DNA from: Spirochaetia bacterium
Lineage (GTDB): Bacteria; Spirochaetota; Spirochaetia; SZUA-6; Bin103
Reading direction: 5' to 3'
DNA: 64,000 nucleotides
Assembly (NCBI GenBank): GCA_965203905.1
Contig: CBDBDQ010000005.1
Span: forward strand, 5,728,001 to 5,792,000
The notes under the pieces are model-generated. The model saw only the letters and a list, made by a program, of their open reading frames with translations. It did no database searches and was not told where the DNA came from. The position numbers were made by a program, and so were the translations under genes. Shown in pieces: positions 19,517 to 29,249 of the stretch; position 1 is the first letter of the stretch; each line of letters opens with the position of its first letter.

Positions 19517-20131
19517 CTAGTCCTCCCTTGCATCGTGATGGCTGCGAAATGGATAGCCATGCCGGGCCAACATACGATATATCGTTTCCAGCGGCAAGCC
19601 TACGACATTGCTGTAGGAACCGCGCAGCTCCGTGACCAGCATCCCGGCCCGGCCCTGAATGCGATAGCCGCCGGCCGCGTCGCGCCATTCCGCCGTGTCC
19701 AGGTACCACTCCAGCTCCCGTTCGGTGAGCGCGGCGAAGGCGACCGCGGTGCGCGCCAGCGCCGTTTCCAGGACTCCCTCGGGAGTTCTCAACGCCACGC
19801 CGGTGAGCACTTCGTGTGCGGTGCCCGAGAGGCGCCCGAGGATGCGGCGCGCGGCCGCCCGGTCGCGTGGTTTCCCCACCAGCTCGCGGCCAGCCAGGAT
19901 GGCGGTATCCGCCGCCAGGATCCAGCGCCGCCGGCCCACGCGGCCGGCCACGGCGCCGGCCTTGTGGCGAGCCAGGCGCACGACCGCCGCGGCAGGCGGC
20001 TCGCCGGCGCCAAGTGTCTCGTCGATCCGCGACGGCACCACCTGCAGCGGCAGGGCGACCGACTCCAACAGTCGCCGCCGTTGCGGCGAGGCGGACGCCA
20101 GCACGATGGTCGCATCCGCGGCGGCAGGCAT
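19517..20131 (-). CDS. maf: Maf family nucleotide pyrophosphatase
   Basis: VLASASPQRRRLL, LAADT, GKP, AGGYRIQG, GSYSNVVGLP. Confidence 0.92.
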   Translation of the reverse strand: MPAAADATIVLASASPQRRRLLESVALPLQVVPSRIDETLGAGEPPAAAVVRLARHKAGAVAGRVGRRRWILAADTAILAGRELVGKPRDRAAARRILGRLSGTAHEVLTGVALRTPEGVLETALARTAVAFAALTERELEWYLDTAEWRDAAGGYRIQGRAGMLVTELRGSYSNVVGLPLETIYRMLARHGYPFRSHHDARED

Positions 20132-20140
20132 GGGCGCGCG

Positions 20141-21040
20141 TCAGCGGTGGAGGTGGTAGCGGCCGGCGGGAGCGGCGGCGCGCAGCGCGCCGAGTTCGGT
20201 CGCGTCAAGTGGGGGCGTGGCGACGCTGGCCACGTTCTGCTCCAGCTGGGCCAGCGTGCTGGCGCCCGGGATCACGGTTGCCACGGCCGGCGCACTGAGG
20301 GCGAAGCGCAGCGCCGTCTGCGCCGGCGCGCGGCAGGCGGCGGCGCTGGCCTGCTCCAGGATCGCCTGCAGCTCCAAGACCCGCTCCTCGCCGTGGTCCG
20401 GAACGGCGCGCGCCGGCCGCCCGGCCAACAGCCCCTTGGCCACGGGGCCACGGGCGATCACGGCGATGCCGCGCGCCCGCAGCAACTCCAGCGCCTCCTC
20501 CTCCGGGCGCCGGTCCAGCAGGCTGTACTGCATCATCACGCTGGCGATGGCGGAGCCGGCGGCGTAGCGGCGGATCACGTTGGGACGAATCGAGGAAATG
20601 CCCCAGGCGCGGATCTTGCCCGCCTGCACCAGGGCGTCGAACGTCGCGATCAGTTCGTCGATGGGATCGTCGATGGTGCCGCCGTGGAGCTGGTAGAGGT
20701 CGATGTAGTCGCTGGCGAGGCGTTTCAGACTGGCCTCGACGGCACCGCGGACGTACGCCGGCGAGGGATCCCAGTCCCAGCCGCCGCCGTCGGGACGCCA
20801 CCGGTTGCCCACCTTGGTGGCGATGACCACGTCGCGGCGGCGGGCACCGAGCGCACGGGCCAGGAGCTCCTCGTTGGCGCCGCGATCGTAGAGGTCCGCG
20901 GTGTCGAAGAAGTTGACCCCCAGGTCCAGGGCGCGCCCGACGAGGCGCTCGGCAGCCGATCCGGCCCGGGCCAGCGACATGCAGCCCAGGCCCACCTCCG
21001 ACACCTGGAGGCCGCTGCGTCCCAGCCGGTTGTTGCGCAT
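20141..21040 (-). CDS. Aldo/keto reductase
   Basis: LGRSGLQVSEVGLGC, FFDTADLY, IATKVG, SLKRLASDYIDLYQLH. Confidence 0.93.
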   Translation of the reverse strand: MRNNRLGRSGLQVSEVGLGCMSLARAGSAAERLVGRALDLGVNFFDTADLYDRGANEELLARALGARRRDVVIATKVGNRWRPDGGGWDWDPSPAYVRGAVEASLKRLASDYIDLYQLHGGTIDDPIDELIATFDALVQAGKIRAWGISSIRPNVIRRYAAGSAIASVMMQYSLLDRRPEEEALELLRARGIAVIARGPVAKGLLAGRPARAVPDHGEERVLELQAILEQASAAACRAPAQTALRFALSAPAVATVIPGASTLAQLEQNVASVATPPLDATELGALRAAAPAGRYHLHR

Positions 21041-21112
21041 GGGTCATCCTACCACGTGAGCGGGGCGTGGTGGCCGCGCGTCGGCCCATCGGCGTGGTAG
21101 GATGTTCCCATG
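21038..21112. promoter_or_regulatory. Mirror-symmetric divergent extended -10 promoters (12-bp perfect inverted repeat), probably leaderless
   Basis: CATCCTACCACG (21045-21056) / CGTGGTAGGATG (21093-21104); each arm reads TGgTAGGAT 5-6 nt before an ATG. Confidence 0.6.
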
Positions 21113-22876
21113 TCGGCACCCGGCGCCGCGCCAGACGACCTGCCCGGATACCCTGAGATTCCCTACGGGCGAGCCAACTTCCGCCGCCTCCGCCTCGACC
21201 GCTGCTTCTACGTGGACAAGACGCGCTTCATCCGCCCGCTGGAGCATGAGCGGTTCGCGTTCTTCATCCGGCCGCGGCGTTTCGGCAAGACGCTTTGGCT
21301 GACGATGCTGGATGCCTACTACGACCGCGCCCAGGCCAAGGACTACGAAGCGGTGTTCGCCGGCACCGACATCGGCGCCCGGCCGACCGGCAACCAGAGC
21401 CGCTACGTGGTGCTGTACTTCGACTTCTCGGCGTTCAACCACGCGCCGCCGGCGTTGCTGGAGAACTTCGAGCGGCACTGCGCGCTGCACGTCCGCGACG
21501 CCCTGCGGCGCAGCCCCGACCTGTTCGACGAGGTGGCGACGCGTGACATCCTCGCGCCGCCGTCCATCAACGAAAAGCTCGAAATGCTGTTTCTGCACGC
21601 ACGCGACCACGACATACCGCTCTACGTGCTGATCGACGAGTACGACAACTTCGCCAATACCGTACTTGCCTACCAGGGTGCCGAGGCGTACCACGAGTTT
21701 ACGCACGGCGCCGGTTTCTTCCGCAACTTCTTCGCCACGCTCAAGGCGGGCACCGCGCAAACCGGCAGCGTCGACAGGCTGTTCGTCACCGGCGTGTCGC
21801 CGATCACGATGGACGACGTGACCAGCGGCTTCAACATAGGCACCAACCTCAGCTTGCGCGCCGAATTCAACGAGATGCTCGGCTTCACCGAGGAGGAGGT
21901 GCGCAGCCTGCTGGAGACCTACCGGAGGCTGGGCGTTTTCGACCAGGAACCCGACGCCGTGCTGGACACGATGCGCGAGTGGTACGACGGTTACCGCTTC
22001 GCCAAGGGCGCCGACAGTCCCATCTACAACACTGACATGGTGCTCTACTACCTGCAGCACTCGGTGCCCAACAGGTCCGGACCCGACAACCTGATCGACG
22101 CCAACGTGCGCATCGACTACGGCAAGCTGCGTCACCTGCTGGTCACGGGACGGCGGTTGAACGGCAACTTCGACCTGCTGCGCGAGGTGATCGCCGAAGG
22201 GCGGGCGGACAGCGAGATCGTCGACAGCTTCCCGCTGGCGCTGCTCGGCGAGCGCCAGAATTTCCTTTCGATGATGCATTACTTCGGCCTGCTGAGCATT
22301 CGCGGCATGGCGGCCGGCGTGCCGCGGCTGGCCATCCCCAACCAGACCGTGCGGCGCCTGATGTACGGCTTCCTGCGCGACGCCTACCAGGACGTCGGTG
22401 TGTTTTCGGTGGACCTGGTGGCGTTCGACCGGCTGACGCGGCGCATGGCGCTGAGCGGCGACTGGCGGCCGGCGTTCGAGCGCCTGGCAGCCGCGGTGGC
22501 GGAACAGACCGGCATCCGCGACTACCTGCGGGGCGAGAAAGTGGTGCAGGGGTTTCTGGCGGCGTATCTGAGCGCGTCCGGCTACTTCGTGCTGCACACG
22601 GAACTGGAGTTGGCAAAGGGCTACGCCGACCTGGTGCTGGAGCCGCGCCCGGCGCGCTACCCGGGCATGCGGCACGGCTTCGTCATTGAGTTGAAATACG
22701 TGCGCCGCGACGCGGAGCCGCAGGTGGCGGCGCAGGCGCAGGCGGCGGTGGGGCAGCTTCGCGGGTACCTGGCGGACGGCCGGCTGGCACGCCGTTTCCC
22801 GGATGCGGAGTTCACGGGTTTGGCGCTGGTGTTCCGCGGCTGGGAACTCGCGCACGCCGAACAGCTTGCGCCTTGA
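21110..22876 (+). CDS. AAA-ATPase-like + PD-(D/E)XK nuclease protein (copy 1)
   Basis: IPYG...YVDKT, RPRRFGKT, LIDEYDN, FVTGVSP; C-terminal GYADLVL...IELKY. Confidence 0.9.
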   Translation: MSAPGAAPDDLPGYPEIPYGRANFRRLRLDRCFYVDKTRFIRPLEHERFAFFIRPRRFGKTLWLTMLDAYYDRAQAKDYEAVFAGTDIGARPTGNQSRYVVLYFDFSAFNHAPPALLENFERHCALHVRDALRRSPDLFDEVATRDILAPPSINEKLEMLFLHARDHDIPLYVLIDEYDNFANTVLAYQGAEAYHEFTHGAGFFRNFFATLKAGTAQTGSVDRLFVTGVSPITMDDVTSGFNIGTNLSLRAEFNEMLGFTEEEVRSLLETYRRLGVFDQEPDAVLDTMREWYDGYRFAKGADSPIYNTDMVLYYLQHSVPNRSGPDNLIDANVRIDYGKLRHLLVTGRRLNGNFDLLREVIAEGRADSEIVDSFPLALLGERQNFLSMMHYFGLLSIRGMAAGVPRLAIPNQTVRRLMYGFLRDAYQDVGVFSVDLVAFDRLTRRMALSGDWRPAFERLAAAVAEQTGIRDYLRGEKVVQGFLAAYLSASGYFVLHTELELAKGYADLVLEPRPARYPGMRHGFVIELKYVRRDAEPQVAAQAQAAVGQLRGYLADGRLARRFPDAEFTGLALVFRGWELAHAEQLAP

Positions 22877-22968
22877 AACACCCACGCCGCCGCACCACAC
22901 CGGGATGCCCGCGCGCAAACTCTCTGCGGGACGGATTCTCGCCGGTGGCGAACCATGCCCGACCGGTC

Positions 22969-24192
22969 TCAGACGATCCGGCGTAACGATTCGACGACTT
23001 CATCCGGACGGCCGACATCGACCGCCGCGACGTCGAGCTGGCGGCCGCTGCCGCGGAGCGTCCACTTGCGGACGATCCCGGCCGGTCTGTCCATCCCCCT
23101 ATGCCAGGGATACACCAGAATGACGCGTTCGGCTCGATATGCGTCGCCGTAGACCGCCATCTGGTAAATGTCGGATGAATCGATACCCAGCTTCTGTTTG
23201 TCGAAAATGAGCCGCTTCCACTTCGTATCGAGAATGACGCAGCCGTCCGGTGTTTCGACCACGATGTCGGGGCGGAGGACAAACAGCGGACCATCGGCAC
23301 TGTCGACAGCGCAATGCCTCTGGTCCTGGAGACGGCTTTGCCGGGGAGCGACGGCACGCTTCGTGCTCCGGCCGATGAACTCCTCGAAGAGCTCGTTCAT
23401 CGGAAACAGCAACGCGACGCCTGGCGCCCCTCCGGTTGCCGTGCTTTGCCAGTCCTCGGCGAGAAACTGGCAGGCGAGACGATAGAGCTCGTGAAAGGCG
23501 ACGTTGCTGCGATCCAGGCGAACCGGTTCACGCAGCGGAGCCGTCGTATTGCCTGCGAACTCCAGCCGGGCGGCGAGCTCGGCCAGCCGCCGGGCGCTGT
23601 CGGCGGACCGGGTGACACCTGCGACCTTCGACACCGCCGCCTTCAGAACGCGGTTCAACGGCGTGTCCTCGGAACGTTCATCGAAGCGACAGGCGTAACG
23701 ATCGGGACGGCCCACGAAACGGTTCAGTTGACGCGGCACGTTCAGCCGACCGCGCAGCAGGCTCAGGTCCTCCTCATGTTCGAGATAGCGACGCGGCAGC
23801 CCTCGCCGGACGACGGCAAGCAGACGGGCGGTGAACAGCCGGATGAAGATCTCGAGGAGATCGTAACGTTGGGTCTCCATCGTCGAGAGTTCGCCATCGA
23901 CTACACGCTGGCCCCACGCAACTGCGAGCATGCGCACGAGCGCCGCCCGCACCGTACCATGCTCGTCGTCGATCTTGGGCAGGATTTCGAGGGTTGGACC
24001 GGAGGGCACTGCCAGAACGCCCACGATTTGGCACGCTCTGATGCCGCCATCGGTACGGGTCAGGACATCCCGCGGCGGCACGTAACGCCGGGCCGCGCGC
24101 CTGGCAAGCGCGAGCAGGCGCTCCGCATCGTGCTCGGCAAGGCCGTCACCGCCGATCGGCAGATGCTCCCATTCCCGACACGTCAGGGTCAC
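22969..24192 (-). CDS. mcrC: McrC family restriction endonuclease subunit
   Basis: LEILPKID, LRGRL, DTPLNRVLK, LFPMNELFEEF, LRPDIV...ILDTKWK, SDIYQMAVYG; directly downstream of mcrB. Confidence 0.88.
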   Translation of the reverse strand: MTLTCREWEHLPIGGDGLAEHDAERLLALARRAARRYVPPRDVLTRTDGGIRACQIVGVLAVPSGPTLEILPKIDDEHGTVRAALVRMLAVAWGQRVVDGELSTMETQRYDLLEIFIRLFTARLLAVVRRGLPRRYLEHEEDLSLLRGRLNVPRQLNRFVGRPDRYACRFDERSEDTPLNRVLKAAVSKVAGVTRSADSARRLAELAARLEFAGNTTAPLREPVRLDRSNVAFHELYRLACQFLAEDWQSTATGGAPGVALLFPMNELFEEFIGRSTKRAVAPRQSRLQDQRHCAVDSADGPLFVLRPDIVVETPDGCVILDTKWKRLIFDKQKLGIDSSDIYQMAVYGDAYRAERVILVYPWHRGMDRPAGIVRKWTLRGSGRQLDVAAVDVGRPDEVVESLRRIV

Positions 24193-24202
24193 GGTATCAG
24201 CG

Positions 24203-26050
24203 TCAGTCGTCGGGTGCGGTTATCGATCGCAGACCGACGAGGCGGTCATACGCGTCGGATGCGAACTGGTCGCGTACGCTCCAGCGTAGCCGTTGCTCCC
24301 CTGAGCCCTCCAAGCCGACGTCGAGTGCAGGTGGCGGGTTCAACCGTTCTCCCCTGACGAACTGGTCGCCCCCGCCCAGCACGGCACGGACCTTGGCCCA
24401 GTCCTCGTAGAAGTACTCCGCAAGAAGCGGGATGATCTTGTGGCGCATCACGTCGTCCACGTCGGCCCTCGTGCGGGTGCCCATGAACCAGGCGTGGCCA
24501 ATCAGATGATCGCGATCCAGGAGCCACTCCAGCCGCTCGTTCATGGTGCGGAGCACGTCCGGCAGGGGGACGCCCGTCGCATCGGCCGCCTCCTCCAGCA
24601 AGTCGGGATCGGGTGGCAGCTCCACGAACCGGAAGCGGCGCCGCAGCGCCGTGTCGAGCAGCGCGATAGAACGGTCGGCGGTGTTCATGGTGCCGAGCAG
24701 GTGGAGATTCGCCGGGAGCGTGAATGGTTTGCCCGAGTGAGGCAGCGTCACCGCAACCTCGTTCTCCGCACTTTGCCGTTTGTCTTCCTCGATCAGCGTG
24801 ATCAGCTCACCCATTACCTTGGAGACGTTAGCGCGGTTGATCTCATCGATCACCAGCACGTAAGGTTCGGCGGCGCTCGCCGCGCGTGCGCGATCCGCGA
24901 TTCGTTTGAGCACGCCGTCGGTCGGCTTGAGACGAATCCCGGCATGGGGGCCGGTTTCCGGACGCAGCCCTTCGACGAACTCCTCGTAGCCGTAGGACTG
25001 ATGGAAGGTGACGAACTCTATTCGCCGCGCGTCCACCAGCTCCGGATAGCGATCGCGGATCTGACGGTCGGTACGCTGCTCCGGACCATCACATATCTCG
25101 ACGCACCAGCGGGCGGTCTGATACGTCTTGCCGGTCCCCGGCGGCCCGTACAGGATGACATTCAAAGCTTGGTGCACGCCCGGAGCAGGCAGCGGCTCCT
25201 CAGGCGATTTCCCGGGGTCCCACCGGTTTCTGAGTGGGGACTGGTAGAAGTCCAGGTGCTCGCTCTCCTCTTCCTGCTCGAGCCGTTTGCGTATCTCGTA
25301 GACCACTTGGTCTTCCTGGCCTTCGGACAGTTTGATCGCCGCCTCGTCAGCATGTGACTTCCTAGCTCCGAACCACTCGATGATGCGGCGCTTGTGAGTC
25401 GAAGCACCAGCTCGCTCTACGTAGTCCGGAAAAAGCAGGTAGAGCAAGGCGTTGCGCATTGGCAGCGTCTCCGCAGGAGCCTTGCTGTCGAGCCAGGCGA
25501 TGAACTCCCACGGCGGTCGCAGCTTCACCCGCGGCTGTTCCCGCTTCCACAGGAGGACCACCTGCAACAGATAGCGCAAAGGATGATCGATCTTCCAGTG
25601 ACGAACGTTGACGCCGTTGACACCGAGTAAGGTCTGGTCAGACACATGCGGACTAGCGGGTGGGTCAGAACCTGCAAGCTCCCAGATCTCGTTAAAACGG
25701 TCACGTTTCCAGCTTGGTCGCTCCTCATAAAGCGTCGGAAACAGAGACACGAACCAGACCGCCTCCGCTGCCAGACGGATCATCTCAGGCCGTTCCTCTT
25801 GCACACTTGCTATCAGTCGCGCCTTGAACAGCGCCCATCCGACGATGCCGGATTCCCTTGCCTCCTTCCAATCTATGGGCGGCTCCACACATGTGTGTAC
25901 GAGTTCCTCAATGTTCTGCGGAGACCATAGGGGCTCTTCCGTGAACAACGATCCGTTCGCCATGAAACAGCGTTCTCTCCAGGCGTCTGCTGCTGCAAGA
26001 ACGTCGCGGATATAGTCGAACTCCGGCTCGGGGCCGATCCAACGTGCCAC
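24203..26050 (-). CDS. mcrB: McrB family AAA+ GTPase with an unrecognised N-terminal domain
   Basis: GPPGTGKT, VTFHQSYGYEEFVEG, IDEINRAN, MNTADRSIALLDTALRRRF, IGHAWF, IIPLLAEYFYEDW. Confidence 0.9.
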   Translation of the reverse strand: MARWIGPEPEFDYIRDVLAAADAWRERCFMANGSLFTEEPLWSPQNIEELVHTCVEPPIDWKEARESGIVGWALFKARLIASVQEERPEMIRLAAEAVWFVSLFPTLYEERPSWKRDRFNEIWELAGSDPPASPHVSDQTLLGVNGVNVRHWKIDHPLRYLLQVVLLWKREQPRVKLRPPWEFIAWLDSKAPAETLPMRNALLYLLFPDYVERAGASTHKRRIIEWFGARKSHADEAAIKLSEGQEDQVVYEIRKRLEQEEESEHLDFYQSPLRNRWDPGKSPEEPLPAPGVHQALNVILYGPPGTGKTYQTARWCVEICDGPEQRTDRQIRDRYPELVDARRIEFVTFHQSYGYEEFVEGLRPETGPHAGIRLKPTDGVLKRIADRARAASAAEPYVLVIDEINRANVSKVMGELITLIEEDKRQSAENEVAVTLPHSGKPFTLPANLHLLGTMNTADRSIALLDTALRRRFRFVELPPDPDLLEEAADATGVPLPDVLRTMNERLEWLLDRDHLIGHAWFMGTRTRADVDDVMRHKIIPLLAEYFYEDWAKVRAVLGGGDQFVRGERLNPPPALDVGLEGSGEQRLRWSVRDQFASDAYDRLVGLRSITAPDD

Positions 26051-26213
26051 CGCTCATCCTCCTTTCTCTGGCCGCGAAGTCACACCACGACGCCTCGGGC
26101 GGCCCAGTCAGCAGCCGACGTCGCATGCGAAACATGTTTGCCTTCCCGTGCTTGGTCAAGACCACTGCTCGGAACTTCGGGCTGACACGCGAGTAGGGGC
26201 GGTGGCTCACACG

Positions 26214-27242
26214 CTACGAGAAGCACAAACGGCGAAGGGTGATCGCATGGGCGAGCAACTGCCCTTGACTCCCATGTCGGCCGGTCCGAACGGGCGGGTC
26301 GAGCCGAGCTCGGAGATCGGTGTGGGCGATGAGCTGCAGGTCGCGCCGCTGCGCGCAGCGCACTAGTTGGTGCACCGTCGCGCGGTCGGGGGCTGCAGCC
26401 AGCAGCGCCGCCAGGCGTTCGGCCTGAGCGGCCAGCAGGCCGCCGAAGTCGGTCAAGGTGTCGCGGCAGCGCTGCGTGGCGCGCGCGCCGACCGCACTGC
26501 CCGGCTCGGGAACGGCGGTGATCAACAGGTCGCGCACCCTCGCCGGCACCTCGCGCAGGATGGCCACGGGCCAGCGCTCCGGGTGCGCCGCCGCCAGCCG
26601 GTCCAGCCGCAGCAGCTCGTGTGCGAAACTGCTCCAGGCGTTGAGCTGAGCGCGCGCCGGGGCCGCCGCGGCGCTGACCCCGAGCACGCTGCCGGCTGCG
26701 GTGAACAGAGCGCGCGACTCGCGCAGCTGCGCCAGTTCCACGGCGGCGCTCGCCACCACCTCCGACTCCTGCAGGTGAAGGATGAACGCGGCGCTTGCGC
26801 CCGGTCGCAGCAGGCGCCGCACCTCGTCCAGCACCCGCGGCGGATCGCCGTACTCCAGCGCGAACTGCGCCGCCACCAGATCGAAGTGGCCGGCCGCAAA
26901 CGGAGTGGCGGTCATCGCCGTACCGGGGTGAAAGGTCACTGCCGCGGCCAGCTCGCGGTAACGGCCGGTCAGACTGCGCTGCGGGTCGATCGCGGCCGAA
27001 TCGACGCCGTGGATTTCCCAGTGAGCGCCGCGCTCCGTGCCGATGGCGGCTGCCAGCAGCGCCACCGCGCCGTTGCCGCAGCCGAGGTCGAGGACTCGCG
27101 CGCCGTGGCCGAGCGGTGCCAGCCGGCCGCGCCAGAATTCGGCCAACGGCCCCCGCTGCGGGTCGCCGAACACCTGCGGCAGCGACGACACCTCGCCGCC
27201 GGCCCAGTATCGGGTCCATGCATCCACCGCCTGCCGGCTCAT
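26214..27242 (-). CDS. Class I SAM-dependent methyltransferase
   Basis: WTRYW, VLDLGCGNG, GVDSA, FDLVAAQFALEY, RLLRPG; start at MSRQAVDAW. Confidence 0.8.
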   Translation of the reverse strand: MSRQAVDAWTRYWAGGEVSSLPQVFGDPQRGPLAEFWRGRLAPLGHGARVLDLGCGNGAVALLAAAIGTERGAHWEIHGVDSAAIDPQRSLTGRYRELAAAVTFHPGTAMTATPFAAGHFDLVAAQFALEYGDPPRVLDEVRRLLRPGASAAFILHLQESEVVASAAVELAQLRESRALFTAAGSVLGVSAAAAPARAQLNAWSSFAHELLRLDRLAAAHPERWPVAILREVPARVRDLLITAVPEPGSAVGARATQRCRDTLTDFGGLLAAQAERLAALLAAAPDRATVHQLVRCAQRRDLQLIAHTDLRARLDPPVRTGRHGSQGQLLAHAITLRRLCFS

Positions 27243-27366
27243 GGTCGGCCACCGTAGAAGCTTGCGTTGTGACCGGCAACCTCCTACCCTGCCGCAGTCC
27301 GGCGTGAGAGCGCCGCCACCGCCACCTGACCCGACCTGATTGACAGCGCATGGCCGAGGCCGCACG

Positions 27367-28317
27367 ATGGCCGCGATGCAGCGCGCGCTGGCCGCCCCCG
27401 CGTCGGTCCGCCGTACCCCGTTGCTGGTACGGATGGCCCGCTCCTACCAACTCTACCTGCTGCTGCTGCCCACGGTCGCGTTGGTCTTCCTGTTCCAGTA
27501 CGTCCCCATGTACGGGGTCACCATCGCCTTCAAGAACTTCAAGCCGCACCTGGGCATCATCGGCAGCGACTGGGTGGGCCTGCGCCACTTCATCCGCTTC
27601 TTCGAGTCGGCGAGCTTCTGGCGCCTGATCCGCAACACCATCTTCCTGAGCGGCTACGAGCTGCTGGTCGGCTTTCCGATCCCGATCCTCCTGGCGTTGA
27701 TGATGAACATGGTGACCGGGGCGCGCTTCAAGCGCACCGTGCAGATGGTCACCTACGCCCCGCACTTCATCTCCACCGTGGTGATCGTGGGCATGCTCGG
27801 CGTGTTCCTGTCGAAGAACTTCGGCCTGACCAACCACCTCATCGACGCGCTCGGCGGACAGCGCGTGTTCTTCCTCGGCAAGGAGCAGTGGTTCCGCTCG
27901 CTGTACGTGTTCTCCGGGGTGTGGCAGAACGCCGGCTGGGGCACCATCATCTACCTCGCCGCGCTCAGCGCCATCGACCCCGAACTGCACGAGGCGGCGA
28001 TCGTGGACGGCGCCACCCTGTGGCAGCGGGTTTGGAACATCGACATCCCCGGCATCCTGCCGACCATCGTCATCCTGCTGATTCTCAACGTCGGCCAGAT
28101 CATGGGCGTGGGCTTCGAGAAGGCGTTCCTGATGCAGAACGCGCTCAACCTGCAGGTGTCGGAGATCATCTCCACCTTCGTCTACAAGGTGGGGCTGCTC
28201 GACGCCCGCTTCAGCTTCTCGGCGGCGGTGGGGCTGTTCAACGCGGTGATCAACTTCGTGCTGCTGGTGTCGGTCAACCGCTTCGCCAAGGCGCTCGGCC
28301 AGTCGGGGCTGTGGTAG
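27367..28317 (+). CDS. Carbohydrate ABC transporter permease (LplB-like)
   Basis: YVPMYGVTIAFK, WVGLRHF, YAPHFISTV, GWGTIIYLAAL, EAAIVDGA loop. Confidence 0.93.
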   Translation: MAAMQRALAAPASVRRTPLLVRMARSYQLYLLLLPTVALVFLFQYVPMYGVTIAFKNFKPHLGIIGSDWVGLRHFIRFFESASFWRLIRNTIFLSGYELLVGFPIPILLALMMNMVTGARFKRTVQMVTYAPHFISTVVIVGMLGVFLSKNFGLTNHLIDALGGQRVFFLGKEQWFRSLYVFSGVWQNAGWGTIIYLAALSAIDPELHEAAIVDGATLWQRVWNIDIPGILPTIVILLILNVGQIMGVGFEKAFLMQNALNLQVSEIISTFVYKVGLLDARFSFSAAVGLFNAVINFVLLVSVNRFAKALGQSGLW

Positions 28318-28335
28318 CGCAATGGTGGTAGCGTA

Positions 28336-29246
28336 ATGGCCGTAATCGCCCTGACGCGGCAGGACCGCGTGCTCAACGCGGTGCTCTACGTGCTGCTGTC
28401 GCTGATCCTGCTGGCGGTGGCCTATCCCCTGTTCTTCGTGCTGATCGCCTCGGTCAGCGACCCGGTGCTGGTCAACACCGGCAAGGTGTGGATCGTCCCG
28501 CGCGGGGTGACGCTGGACGGCTACGCCAAGATCGTGCAGCACCAGGACCTGTTGCGCGGCTATCGCAACAGCCTGGCCTACGCCACGCTGGGGACCCTGC
28601 TCAACCTCGGGCTGACCCTCACCGCCGCCTACGCGCTGTCGCGCCGCGACCTGCCCGGTCGCAATGCGATCATGCTCTACCTCACCTTCACCATGTTTTT
28701 CTCAGGGGCCTGATCCCCACGTTCCTGCTGATTCGCGACCTCGGGCTCTACAATTCGTTCTGGATCATGATCCTGCCGGCGGGGGGCAGCGCCCTGCACC
28801 TGGCGGTGTCGGTGTTCAACATCATCATCGCCCGCACCTTCTTCATGAACACCATTCCGCAGGAGCTGCTCGACGCGGCGGTGATGGACGGCTGCAGCGA
28901 CCTGCGCTTCTTCCGCTCGGTGGTGCTGCCGCTGTCGGGGGCGATCGTCGCGGTGCTGATGGTGTTCTACGCCGTGGGCCACTGGAACGGTTTCTTCCAC
29001 GGCCTGATCTACCTGCGCGAGCGGGAGCGGTTCCCGCTGCAGCTCATCCTGCGCGACATCCTGATCCAGAACACCTTCACCGAGGAGCTGGAGATCGACG
29101 ACGAGAACGCGCTCGCCGCCATGATGCTGGCCGAATCGATCAAGTACGGCATGATCATCGTCGCCAGCGTGCCGGTGCTGCTGCTGTACCCGTTCGTGCA
29201 GAAACACTACGTGCGCGGCGTGATGATCGGGGCGATCAAGGGCTGA
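28336..29246 (+). pseudogene. Carbohydrate ABC transporter permease (LplC-like) with a 1-nt frameshift near 28705-28708 (real or sequencing error)
   Basis: TMFFSG in ORF 28336..28713 continues as GLIPTFLL in ORF 28488..29246; one extra G in the GGGG run restores TMFFSGGLIP. Confidence 0.85.
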
Positions 29247-29249
29247 CTG

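Noticed and set aside
17159-21100. 1313-aa plus-strand ORF, and similar long ORFs such as 3925..6036 (5' part), 26080..28542, 40298..43093, 50934..53549 and 61932..63620
   Set aside because: Antisense or shifted-frame shadows of well-supported genes; long stop-free frames are expected at this GC content and show no family motifs.
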